Shown here: positions 52,767 to 64,000 of the stretch, piece after piece | Layout of the letters: each line of letters starts with the position of its first letter | Position numbering within the stretch: the stretch's first letter is position 1 | Assembly: GCA_026770705.1 (NCBI GenBank) | Contig: JANJGN010000007.1 | Span: 143,220,001 to 143,284,000 of the forward strand | Length of the DNA: 64,000 bases | Direction of reading: 5' to 3' | From: Isurus oxyrinchus | Lineage: Eukaryota | Notes under the pieces: model-generated | Told to the model about the DNA's origin: nothing | Seen by the model: only the letters and a program-made list of their open reading frames with translations | The model's database searches: none | Translations under genes and position numbers: made by a program

Positions 52767-53015
52767 GGATGGAAGTTTCCTTACTTTTGGTTCAGTACCT
52801 CAGGACTCTCCACCCCTTTTGCTCAGGAGTCGAGTTCTCAACATTTCTGGATGTTTTTTGGAGTAGTCAAGCAATAGTTGACCACTGTAGGGAATTTGTT
52901 TCTTTAAGATAAGCTTTTTCATTTGTGTACTTATATGTTTGGTACCAGTGAAATAAAGAGCCACTAAACTGGAATCTCCATGCATTCACTGTGCTTTTTC
53001 TGAGTTACAGTTGAT

Positions 53016-53275
53016 TAAGGGAAGAAGGATGTTTTGACTACTTGATTGAATTGATGAGGTAACAGGGAGGGAGGGTCAGGACAGTGCACGTCTTGTTGTG
53101 TATATAGACTTTCAAAGGGAATCTTATAAAATACCACATCATAGGCAAAATTGAAGACCATGGGATAAAAGGGGCAGGAACAGTATGGATACAAAATCAA
53201 CTAAGGGCTAGAGTCGTGGTGAATGGGTTGGGTGGGGATATAAATTGGTGTTCCCCCAGGTTCAGCACTAGGACC
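53016..53275 (+). mobile_element. Degenerate CR1 RT fragment
   Basis: Decayed equivalents of the VYxDFQK, HGIKG and GVPQGS..GP coding sequence. Confidence 0.65.
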
Positions 53276-55069
53276 TGCTGCCTGGCCTGCTTTCAGGGTC
53301 CTGCTGTGTGGCAGTGGCATCCTCCTCGGCCTGAGGAGCTGGCGCTGCTGGGGTCACAGGAAGAAGGGATTTGGATGGACCAGGCACTCCTGGAATCACT
53401 TGGGTGGAAGGCCCCAGAGTGTGCACTTGCTGATCTTCCTCCCTATGGATGCCCGAGGGCCGCTGGCTGGCTCCTTGAGGACAAAGGGAAGCTGGAGTGA
53501 GATCGAGCTGCTCTACATCCCTCTCATGTTGACACTTTTGGATGCCTAGTATGTGAATGGTATAACTAGAGACTAGCATTGCAGGACCGATGTCCTGGGC
53601 CAAGGTATCCATGGCCGCCACCATTCTACCAGTGCTGACCTCGGTGTATTGGCATGCTGACACCATCATCTCGGACTTAAGGCAGATGGACTCCTCCATT
53701 GTGCTTTGCAATCTGAAGAGCGCAGCGGATATCCCTTCCTGATGTTCCCGAGTTTGTCTTTGCAGCTCCAGCAACTGAGGTATGGCCGAGTACAGAGGCT
53801 TATCATCTGACTCAGATTCATAGGTTTCTGGCCTCCTCCAAGTGCCGTAAACCTGGGAAGTCCCTGCCGTCGCCTGTTGTTGATCAGACAGTGCTGTGTG
53901 CTCACCACATTGTATTCCCAAGGCCACTCTAGAACCGAGGTATGTGTCTCTGCAGTAGTAGGAGGGTGTGGGTGAGCACTGTGACAGGTCTTCGATTGGG
54001 GTGTCATCAGATTCTTCTTCTGATGTTCTTTGGGGCTTGATTGGAGGTCCTGGGTCATGGACTCCCTCGGCTGTTTCCCAGATGTGCCTGTGAAAGCAAG
54101 GAGAGATAGTTAGTGTACGGAAGTGGCCTGTGAAACAGGGCACATCAATCACAGCATGGTTGTCTGATGAATATTGCACTGCTGGACCCTCACCCAGTAG
54201 AGCACTGCCGACTTCACCGGCAGGACAGGAACGGGCCAGGTCCTTGCCGGCCAGCTGGATGGCTCTGTTTTCAAAGTCAATGAGGGCCTTGATTTCAGGC
54301 ATTTCTCCACCAATCTGTGAGCTCTCCCTCTTATTGGATGCCAGCTTGTTCTGCATGAATAAAGATGGAAAGAGTATAAGCAGGATGCCTGTCAGGCCAG
54401 ATGATAAGTATGCCTGGCATATGTGGGCGTGAGTGGTCCCATGGACTGGATGAGGACAATTAAGGTGTGTGTGAGAGAGTGAATGGTGATGCCTCTTGAA
54501 CTAGCAGTGAGCTGTGGGTATGTGATGGGTCTGTGAGTGTGTGAGGTGAGAGTGATGAGAAGAGTGACTTACCCTGGCAGAACGGAGGAGATCAATTCAT
54601 CCTCTTTTGGCACTGGGTGGCTGTCCTCTTTAGCAGGGCATTGGTGCTGACCTCCGCAGCCACTGCCCCCCAAACCAGATTGGTGAAGTCGCTGCCATTC
54701 CTGTGGCCAGAGTGGGGGTAGGGGACATCACCGTGGGCCTCCATGTTGTCCAAAAAACACTTGTGGGATGTGACACTAAACGGGGGGGGTGCTGCAGTCT
54801 TCTTGCCTCTTGGCGCTATGTCTTCTTTGCAGAACTGGGCTGGTAGTGCTGAGAGGTGTGTGCGCCGCTACACTTTAAATATGGCACCGGAGGTGGCAGG
54901 CAAATGAGAGCCTGCCCGCCATCGAAACAGTGTGTTTCCCAGGAATGCATGATTATTGAGGAGGGATTGGGATGATACGCTGTGAAAAGCTGCCATTGCG
55001 GCCAATGGGTAAAATGTTCTTTTTCCTGCCCGTTACCACACTTAGTTTAAATCTGGGACGATTCTGCCC
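53276..55069 (-). mobile_element. Harbinger half element with a near-complete Myb/SANT gene
   Basis: TIR ATTCTGCCC ends at 55069. Exon 1 ends at 54573 (GTAAGT), exon 2 starts at 54350. The 362-aa ORF is homologous to 26817-27682. Confidence 0.85.
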
Positions 55070-55189
55070 TTAGACCACTTTGCATTTTCTAGGATCCCAG
55101 TTAATTCTGCATTACTTCTAACTGAGTCCCTCCCAGTCCTCTGAGCACTTAGTTCCTAATTTTTAATACTGTATCTTGGTGCCCAACCC

Positions 55190-55335
55190 ACTTTCAAACT
55201 AATTTTAACCCTCCCCCACAGCACAACCTGCCTGCAAGGATAATTGGTCCCAGCTCTGTTCAAGTGCAACCTGTCTATCTTGAAAAGGTCCCATATCATA
55301 GGACTGATCCCAATGCCCCAAGAATCTGAAGAAGC
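55190..55335 (-). mobile_element. CR1 ORF1 esterase C-terminal fragment
   Basis: Reverse complement matches 43540-43680 (ttgcacttgaacagagctgggac). Confidence 0.65.
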
Positions 55336-55360
55336 TCTACCGCCTGCTCATGTTTCATGA

Positions 55361-58229
55361 GGGGGATGCGATGGTGTAGTGGTATTGTCACTGGACTAGT
55401 GATCCAGAGACCAGAGTAATGCTCTGGTGGAATTTGAATCCAATAAAAATCTGGAATTAAAGTCTAATGATGACCATGAAACCATTTTTGATTGTTGTTA
55501 AAAACCCATCTGGTTGACTTTTAATTGCCTACAAAGCCTCAAAATGGAACGAAAACAGACGGACCACCCAGCATTGACTTAGGCACCGGAAATGACAATG
55601 GCAAACTCAGCCCTGTCGACCCTGCAAAGTCCTCCTTACTAATATCTGGAGGTTAGCGTCAAAATTGGGAGAACTGCCTCAGACCATCCTCACGGAACCA
55701 TCCCACGGAATCATATCTTACAGATGCCACCATCACCGGCAGGGTAGACCCAGCAGAGGTGGCAGCATGGTGGTATATAGTCAGGAGGGAGTTGCCCTGG
55801 GAGTCCTCAACATCGAATCTGGACCCCATGAAGTCTCATGGTATCAGGTCAAATATGGGCAAGGAAACCTCTTGCTGATTACCACATACCGCCCCTCCTC
55901 ATGGAGGAAGCACTGAGGGTAACAAGGGTACAGAATGTACTCTGGGTGGGGGACTTCAATGTCCATCACCAAGAGTGGCTCAGTAGCACCACTACTGGCC
56001 AAGCTTTAAAGGACATAACTGCTAGACTGGGTCTGCAGCAGGTAGTGAGGGAAAAACATACTTGACCTTATCCTCACCAACTTGCCTGCTGTAGATGCAT
56101 CTGTCCATGACAGGATCGGAAGGTATCATTGTGGAGACAAGTCCCACCTTCACATTGAGGTTAACCTCCATCGTGTTGTCTGGCACCACCACCGCGCTGA
56201 TAGATTTTGAACAAATCTAGCAACTCAAGGCTGGGCATCCATGAGGCACTGTGGGCCATCAGCAGCAGCAGAATTGTACTCGAGCACAATCTGTAACCTC
56301 ACAGCTCGGCATATCCCCCACTCTATCATTACCATCAAGCCAGGGGATCAACCCTGGCTTAATGAAAAGTGCAAGAGGGCATGACAGAAACAGCACCAGG
56401 CATACCTAAAAATGAGGTGTCAACCTGGTCAAGCTGCAGCACAGGACTACATGTATGCCAAACAGCATAAGCAGCAAGTGATAGACAGAGGTAAACGATC
56501 CCACAACCAACAGATCAGATCTAAGCTCTGCAGTCCTGCCACATTCAGTCATGAATAGTGGTGGATAATTAAACTACTCACTGGAGGAGGAGGCTCCACA
56601 AATATCCCCATCCTTAATGATGGAAGAATATAGCTCATCAATGCAAAAGATAAGTCAGAAGTGCCAAGTGATCCATCTTGACCAGTCCCCATCATCACAG
56701 ATGCCTGTCTTCAGCCAATTCAATTCACTCCACTGGATATCAAGAAATGGCTGAAGGTATTGGATAGTGCAAGGGCTATGAGCCCTGACAATATTCCAGC
56801 AACAGTACTGAAGACTTGTGCTCCAGAACTTGTTGCACCCCTAGCCCAGCTGTCCAGTACAGCTACAACACTGGCATCTACCCAGCTATGTGGAAAATTG
56901 CCCAGGTATATCCTGTAAAGCAGGGCAAATCCAACCCGGCCAGTTACCGCCCCATCAAGTCTAGTCTGGATCATCATTAAAGTAATGGAAGGGGTCATTA
57001 ACAGTGCTATCAAGCACACTTGCTTAGTGACAGCCTGCTCAATGACACTCAGTTTGGGTTCCGCCAGGGCCACTCAGCTCCTGACCTCTGTACACCCTTG
57101 GTTCAAGCATGGACAAAAGAGCTGAAATCCGGAGGTGAGATGAGAGTGACTGCCCTTGACATCAAGGCCACATTTGACCGAGTTTGGCATCAAGGAGCCT
57201 TAGCAAAACTAGAATCAATGGAAATCAGGGGGAAATCCCTGCACTGGTTGGAGTCATAGCTAGCACAAATGAAGATGGTCGTGGTTGTCAGAGGTCAGTC
57301 ATCTCAGCTCCAGGACATCACTGCATGAGTTCCTCAGGGTAATGTCCTATACCTAACCATCTTTAGCTGCTTCATCAAAGACCTTCCTTCCATCATAAGG
57401 TCAGGTGTGGCGATGTTTGCTGATGATTGCACAATGTTCAACACCATTCACAACTCCTCAGATACTGAAGTAGTCCATGTCCAAATGCAACAAGACCTGG
57501 ACAATATCCAGACTTGGGCTGACAAGTGGCAAGTAACATTCATGCCACAAAAGTGCCAGGCAATGACCATTTCCAACAAGAGAGAATCTAACCATCGCCC
57601 CTTGATGTTCAATGGCATTACCATCACTGAATCCCCCACTATCAACATTCTGAGGGTTACCATTGACCAAAAACTGAACTGGACTAACTGTATAAATACT
57701 GTGACTACAAGAGCAGGTCAGAGGCTAGGAATCCAGAGACAAGTAACTCACCTCCTGACTCCCCAAAGCAAGTCCAACATCTACATGACACAAGTCAGGA
57801 GTGTGATGGAATACTCCCCACTTTCCTGGATGAGTGCAGCTCCCACAACACTCAAGAAACTTGATATCATCCAGGACAAGGCAGCCTGCTTGATTGGCAC
57901 CACATCCGCAAACATCCACTCCCTCCACCACCGACGGACAGTAGCAGCAATGTGTACCATCTACAAGATACATTGCAGGAATTCACCAAGACTCCTTAGA
58001 CATCACCTTCCAAACCCATGACCACTACCATCTAGAAGGACAAGGGCAGCAGATGGATGGGAACACCACCACCTGGAAGTCCCCTTCCAAGCCACACTTG
58101 GAAATATATCGCCATTCCTTCACTGTCACTGAGTAAAAATCCTGGCACTCCCTTTCTAACAGCACTGTGGGTGTACCTACACCATATGGACTGTAGCGGT
58201 TCAGAAAGTTCAGCTTGCCACTTTCTCAT
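55361..58229 (+). mobile_element. Near full-length single-ORF LINE (APE endonuclease and RT; RTEX/CR1-Zenon-like) with a tRNA-SINE-like 5' end
   Basis: EN motifs YRPP and WVGDFNVHH. RT motifs QFGFRQGHS, ALDIKATFDRVWH and MFADDCT. C-terminal HSLHHRRTVA. 55361-55530 is homologous to the SINE at 36092-36443. Clade assignment tentative. Confidence 0.85.
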
Positions 58230-58324
58230 TTAGAGTAAACCAGAGATTACTACTTATGAGGTTCTGCTTTTTCCTCCCTAGATCTTTAAACTCTGATTCA
58301 GGACCTCAACTTTCTTCCACTGTT

Positions 58325-58530
58325 TGTAAGGCGCTCTGACATGGTCTATTAATTGTATTTAATTGTATTTAGATGTTGGGCATTATATATACAGCAGCTG
58401 ACTGAAACTGTCGCTGTGGGATTGAAGGTGCTCAATATGTAATATGTGTCTCCGTAAATAAAAGCTTGACCCTGTATAAAGACTAGTCTCCAGTTATATC
58501 ATTCACCATCGAGCTTTTTGAATTAAATCA
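58325..58530 (+). mobile_element. Possible solo-LTR remnant
   Basis: Starts TGTAAGG, has TATATATA then AATAAA, and ends ...ATCA. No TSD seen. Confidence 0.3.
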
Positions 58531-59354
58531 TGAAGTACATTTTCTGGCTGTTCTCTTTCTGAAAGGTTCTGCACCCTCTCTGTGATGTCCCTTACCCTGG
58601 GACTAAAGAAGCAACATGCCATATAGTTCTCACATCGGCAATAGCAGAATTGTCTGTCTGTATGTCCCCTTGGCTATTGAATTCCAAATTACTGCTGCAT
58701 TTCTACACTTTGTTGTACCCCTATGCCATCAGTTGCCTCAGTGCCAGGTGCAGGACCGCACTCCTTTGAGGCATTGTCACTTTCTCTGAGATACAATGCT
58801 GAATATTGGTTTGAAAGTGCCACATTCCTGAAGGATTTTTCTGCCTCTCCGACCCTTCTAAGCGGTGACTCACATGTTAATCTGAACTACCTTGTTCTTG
58901 GATGACCACTTACAACCTGTGATTCAGAAAGCATTCAGCATCCATATACCCTGCAGTAAATGCAGCCCCTCAAGATCAGAAACCTTTGGTGTGAATTCAA
59001 GGAGCTTGAAGCTCTTACTGTAAAAATGGGCGTCAGGGAAGCTGATGTTCCTGAAGTTCCACATGGCATGGGAATTAAAGATTAGAGGCCTCAGCTAACT
59101 CCCCATTATAATTAGAAACTTAGAATAAGGTGATTATTAATATAATTGCTATTAACTAGGTCTAAACTATGCCACTATTTTTCTATTTGCAAGTTAACCA
59201 AAGGTTAAGTTATTTACTCAAGATTAACATGAATCAGTGCGATACCAAATACAAAGAATCTAAGTTACCTAGGTATTTAACATAGATAGCTACCTTAGTA
59301 TCCTCCGGTTCTGTGACTGCACTCCTTTTGAGCCAGGCATGAGAAACTGTACAC

Positions 59355-59420
59355 CACCCACACACACCCACCACCGCCCCCCACCACCCCCCCCCTGCCC
59401 CTCCGACCCCGACTCCTCTC
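59355..59420 (-). repeat. C-rich low-complexity tract
   Basis: Runs of C and CA. Confidence 0.55.
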
Positions 59421-59804
59421 CACGAACTTCTTACTATCACCAATTTTTAAGCTTCCACTCTGCAACTCACCCAGCTCTGCCTTCAATCTCCTTGGTTTAT
59501 TAGTTTTGTTGTTGAGCGATGATACAGCTAGTTAGCAGCTGCACCTTATAGCAAGTTTAACGTGGCAGGGGAGAACTTCTCAAACAGATTCAAATATCCA
59601 GCCTGTCAGTAGCAATTATGCTCCTCTTTGATTGGGCAGTTTAAATTTGCGTTTCGCATCAGATGATTCATGTTTCACAGGATGCACAATAGTGAAACTG
59701 ATTGTCTTCATGCTTCAGCTTCCCATTTGGTTTAAAATATCCAAACATTTAATGATGTGATCCCAATATGCATGATTTCCCTGCTGTACTGTAAAAAAGG
59801 AAGA

Positions 59805-59910
59805 AAAAATGTATTTATAAAGCACCTTTCATGTCTTCAGGATGTCTCAAAGCTTTCACAGTCAATGAATTAATTTTGGAGTATTATCACTGCTGTTTAG
59901 GCAAAATAAG
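59805..59910 (-). mobile_element. Old SINE 3' tail (DeuSINE/AmnSINE-like)
   Basis: atgtatttataaagcacctttcatg...tctcaaagctttcacagtcaatgaa resembles the reverse strand of these SINE tails. Confidence 0.5.
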
Positions 59911-62900
59911 CTCATGAACATTTTATATTTCTGGGGATCTGGTGGAGAAGTTCTCCCTACAACCATTAAATGGATCTCCTTGTTAACAGTACTACTAAAG
60001 TCAAGCTAATGCATACCAATATATCAGATAATATACGTCCCTTCAGAAGACTGTTAAAGCCTGCATGCCCCACAGATAAATATAAAAGCAAACAAAAAGA
60101 ATTGTTAGTGTGGTTCCATGAAAAGCTGATAGCCATTCACCAATGTCGAGTATTGTACGTATGCAGAGGCCACTTTACGCCAGTGTTTATGAACAGTATG
60201 AATTTTTAAAGGAATTGACCAATTCGAATGCAGTTACCCAAACTGTGCAAAAGATGAACAATGATAAGTTGGCATAAAATTGTTCAATTAGAGCAGGTTT
60301 TTTCCAAATCTCATTCTTTCTGCAGCATTATTTTATTACAGGAGGCATAAAACAGCCACACTTCAGCTATTCAGTTCAAGTTTAATTTTTCTAGTCACAT
60401 TACAGGTATTCATTATACACATTCCAAGTATGTTTACTCTTATTTCAAATCCAACTCCAACTACAAATTGCACTTTTAGTTTACATCTTAATGATTGTGA
60501 TACAAAAGTTATTTTCCTAATGGAGGTACTCTCACATTCCAGGTCTGAATCACATTAGCAGCCACTTCTAATTCATTCTCGAAACCTCGATCCAGCTATA
60601 GGTGTTTCCAGTCTACACTTCTATTTAAGCATTTCCAAACCCCCCACTTACATTGGAGCAATCCATCCTACTTATTTTACATTCACTATATCCGGTTCAT
60701 GTGTTTTCATCAAAAAAAGTAGCTTTAGTGTTAAAATGAAATATATTTATTAGGTGTTTCTAATCCATATGAGCTACATTTCTGAAGCTAACATTATAGA
60801 CAATATAAAACTACTAAATTGAATCTGAAATTTAGGAGTGACGTATTCAGAAAGGTCCATCATTTTGATAGCTGAAACCGAGGGCAGCAGTCTATTTAGT
60901 GCCACAGTTGAGCTTTGTTATTACAAATTCTGCTATTACAATCATCTCCCATTAAATGTTTCCCCTGGTCATGGAGAAAGCTGCATTATATTAGTTAAGG
61001 GATTCACTGAGGCATATCTCTAAGAAGAAGTACTTCACCAGTCTTTGTGAGTTAGTAAGAACAATAGCTAGTATGACCTTAGAGAGTATTCCCAGTCTGT
61101 TTGCAGCTGCACTAACTTTTCTTCCGCAGTGCCAAACACCACAAGAGGCTCCAGAGGGAACAGCACTTGTGCTTATCTTGTTTTGTCAGTGAATTTCTTT
61201 CAGCAGGGTAGAAAAGAAAAACAATTAAAATACTGTATTTGAAAACCATTCTTCTCATACACGTACAACAGCTTCACATGTAGTTAATAAATTGTATTGC
61301 AGTGTTTGTAATGAGCCAAAACATTTGATAAAGATTCCACAGAAATCATGAATACATTAGTTTGACTGTGACAGATACCTTCAATAAAATATTTTGTTAA
61401 GTTATTATTTTGAAACAAGCACTAATGGCCCACTTTAAAATATTTTTGGTACTCCCTTTAATACAAATATAGATCTTAGAAAAAAAATTCTACCATTATA
61501 CGGTACATAATATGATCCAATCAGTAAAAAGCTAACTAACCCTATAGAACTATGTAATGCACTAATGGTAGACCCCACAATACGGAAGACGGCAGATACC
61601 TGATGTCTGGTATTGATCTAACGCTATTTTAATGTGTCTCTGTTGACATTCATGTCCTGTGGTAAAGAATATTGCCTAAATTAGTTAGCCGATTGGTTCT
61701 GTTGATTAATGACAACACACTTGGGGATCTACTACACTTTGTGTGACAGAATAATCAGTAGAACCACAGAAACCACTGGTGGCATTATTTACTCCTCATT
61801 TTTTAAGTTCATTTATTAAATTATTTAATTTCTACTTCCTAACTGGCAATTTATTAAAATGACATGTTCTTCGATGTGAGATGTTGTTACTTGTCACAAA
61901 TGGGTAAGAAAACAAGTTAAACAAGGTGTTTGAATCAATTTCTCGTAGCTCGAGGGATTGAAAATGCATAATCAAGATTCAAGAGTTGACCTTGTCTAAT
62001 ATCCGGTTTTGTCATATCTGACACATAAAAAGTCCACTTCATAACGGATTTGATTTTATAACGAGTGTTTTAGCAGGAATGGAATAAAGACCTATAGCTG
62101 TGATAATATTTACATAACAAAAACAACTTACTCAGATGGTGTGCTGGAAAATCAATATGAACTTATATCTCTGCATTATAAATGATTTCCTTTTATGTAA
62201 ACTTGTATGTAGTTCATATGTTTTCATGGTGAGACCTTTTACAAACGTTTGAACTAGTCCAAATCAATAGTAGTTAAATGGTGTAAAGTCACTTTAATTA
62301 GCAGCCTAGACCAACTGATGTAGTTAGTGGAATTGCTGTCATGCACTTCAGCTGTAGGTAAGGTAAGTGTGAAAGAGAAAATAGATGCAATAAAAATTCT
62401 AAATCTAATGTCTCTGAAAACTGCAATTACAAGGTTCAATTTCTTTTTTTTTGTGATTGTAAATAACATTTTATTGAGTTTTTAGGAAGCTATAACAGAG
62501 ACAAGCCTGCATCATAGAGACATAGCCAGTCACCCATACAGTGCAGATAAATGTGTCTCCACTCCAATACCCAGTGGTGAGCAGAGAAAAATACAGTATC
62601 AGGAATAGACCCATACATAATAAAGGAAATACTGTCAAAACAATTGGGGGAATGTATAAGAATCCAGCAGCATGGTTGCCAATCATATTCAAGATGATAC
62701 TGCTTGCAGAATATCCCTGGACCAATTGAAGTGCTTCAAACTATCATTTAGCTCAGAGATTATTTGCCCACAATGGAAACTTTCTGACTGAATACTTACC
62801 ACCATTCAAAAGCAATAGCAATTTGTAAATTCAATTATAAAGTAAAATCTTCTGAAATAACAGAACCAGCCTCAGGAAGAGATGTTTTGAGTGGGATATT

Positions 62901-62992
62901 GGGTTGAAGTCATCTCCATTACAGGGAGGGATGAGAAAAGCCAAAAAAGCAAGAAAAATGTATTTTAAGCCTATCCTGCAAGCAGTCAAATA

Positions 62993-63114
62993 GAGCAGAA
63001 AACTGATGGTTGTGAATTAGCCATTCTTTATACACCCCAACTGATTATCCTTCCCACTGAACTTCAGTTTGGGTGTATAATGGGTGGCTGATCTGCAGCC
63101 ATCAGTTTTCTCCC
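62993..63114. mobile_element. Small fold-back MITE (~50-bp imperfect inverted arms)
   Basis: AGAAAACTGATGG...TTATACACCCCAACTGA pairs with TCAGTTTGGGTGTATAA...CCATCAGTTTTCT. Confidence 0.75.
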
Positions 63115-64000
63115 AGTTCCCAAAATAAAAATTACTGAATGTGTGTTTATGGAATATTTTAACAAGCATAAATCTGTACTTCCAACTCCAGTGTGATATG
63201 TCAGGCCAGAGGCTTGTCTATGAGTATGGGGCAGAAAGGAAGGGTTGGAATTATAGATTGATTTGTTTCCTTTCTATCAGTTTTATAAACTTAAAGGGAG
63301 AATTTAACCATCCCCAGCAGAAACAAGGCAAATAGAATGAGGGGCATGCAAGTTTTACCCGCTGGCTTCCTACTATGATCTGGCCAACTGCAATTTAAAT
63401 TACAGGTGACAAGAATCCTTAACTGAAACCAATGGATTATTCTTTAAATGTACAAATTGGTATTCAATTAAATCAACCAGTTTGACTACAATATTAGCCC
63501 GTAGCCTGAGCAGGGAAGAATTTTTATATGCTGTATACTAGTTCACAAGCGGAATTATATTGTGACTATTCTTCTTAAGCTATCACTAGTGTGCTGTGTT
63601 AGTTTTGTTTTATTGCAAAATAGTCAAAAAGTTTAATTCAAATATCTGAAGAGATCTCTCACCTCTGATGGTGGTTTATTTTATTTTGTCTTTATCTAAA
63701 TGAAAAATTCATACCATTGTTTTATTATCATTGTGTTGAACTGTCTGATCTGTCCTCATATTTCAAATTAATTAAAGCTCTGCTCTAAGAAGCAGTTGGA
63801 GCTGATGATGGGTCCAATCACATAAACCTCAAAGAGTGTTCTCTTAAATGATAGTGTAAAGATAGGCAGGAATGTTAGTGTTAAGAGCAAGAAATGAGTA
63901 GACTAATGTCTGAACAAATGGGACACTAGGGGTTGGGTCAGTCAGATCTAGACAAAAAAAACTGGTAGAAAATCTCAGCTATATTCCTCCTTGTTATATC

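Noticed and set aside
62800-62852. Minus-strand exon with TTTCAG acceptor and GTAAGT donor
   Set aside because: Stops in all three frames; at most a non-coding exon, with no support.
1-64000. CRISPR arrays, prokaryotic operons or retron-type RT systems
   Set aside because: No repeat-spacer arrays. All RTs are eukaryotic LINE or Penelope types in vertebrate-like DNA.

Overview
Repeat-rich vertebrate intergenic or intronic DNA. The repeat families suggest a cartilaginous fish (shark); this is an inference. No intact host protein-coding gene is recognisable. The window holds CR1 LINEs, a Tx1/L1-like LINE, an RTEX/CR1-Zenon-like LINE, Neptune-like Penelope elements with hammerhead-like 3' motifs, many PIF/Harbinger DNA transposons (convergent Myb/SANT and DDE transposase genes, plus ~1.27 kb non-autonomous derivatives), a Copia-type LTR element with a tRNA-iMet primer-binding site, tRNA-derived SINEs, MITEs and a histone H2A.Z.1 retrocopy. 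Two deeply nested insertion stacks (about 20-32 kb and 41.7-51.6 kb) can be reconstructed from target-site duplications (TSDs). The most unusual items are: a LINE whose 5' end is a tRNA-derived SINE head, with a SINE that shares both LINE ends; a perfect 65-bp fold-back Penelope mini-insertion centred on a non-canonical hammerhead; an H2A.Z.1 retrocopy that seems to retain intron 1; and Harbinger derivatives carrying a portable TATA + Myb/SANT exon 1 + splice-donor cassette. Boundaries and family names were read by eye, with no database search.
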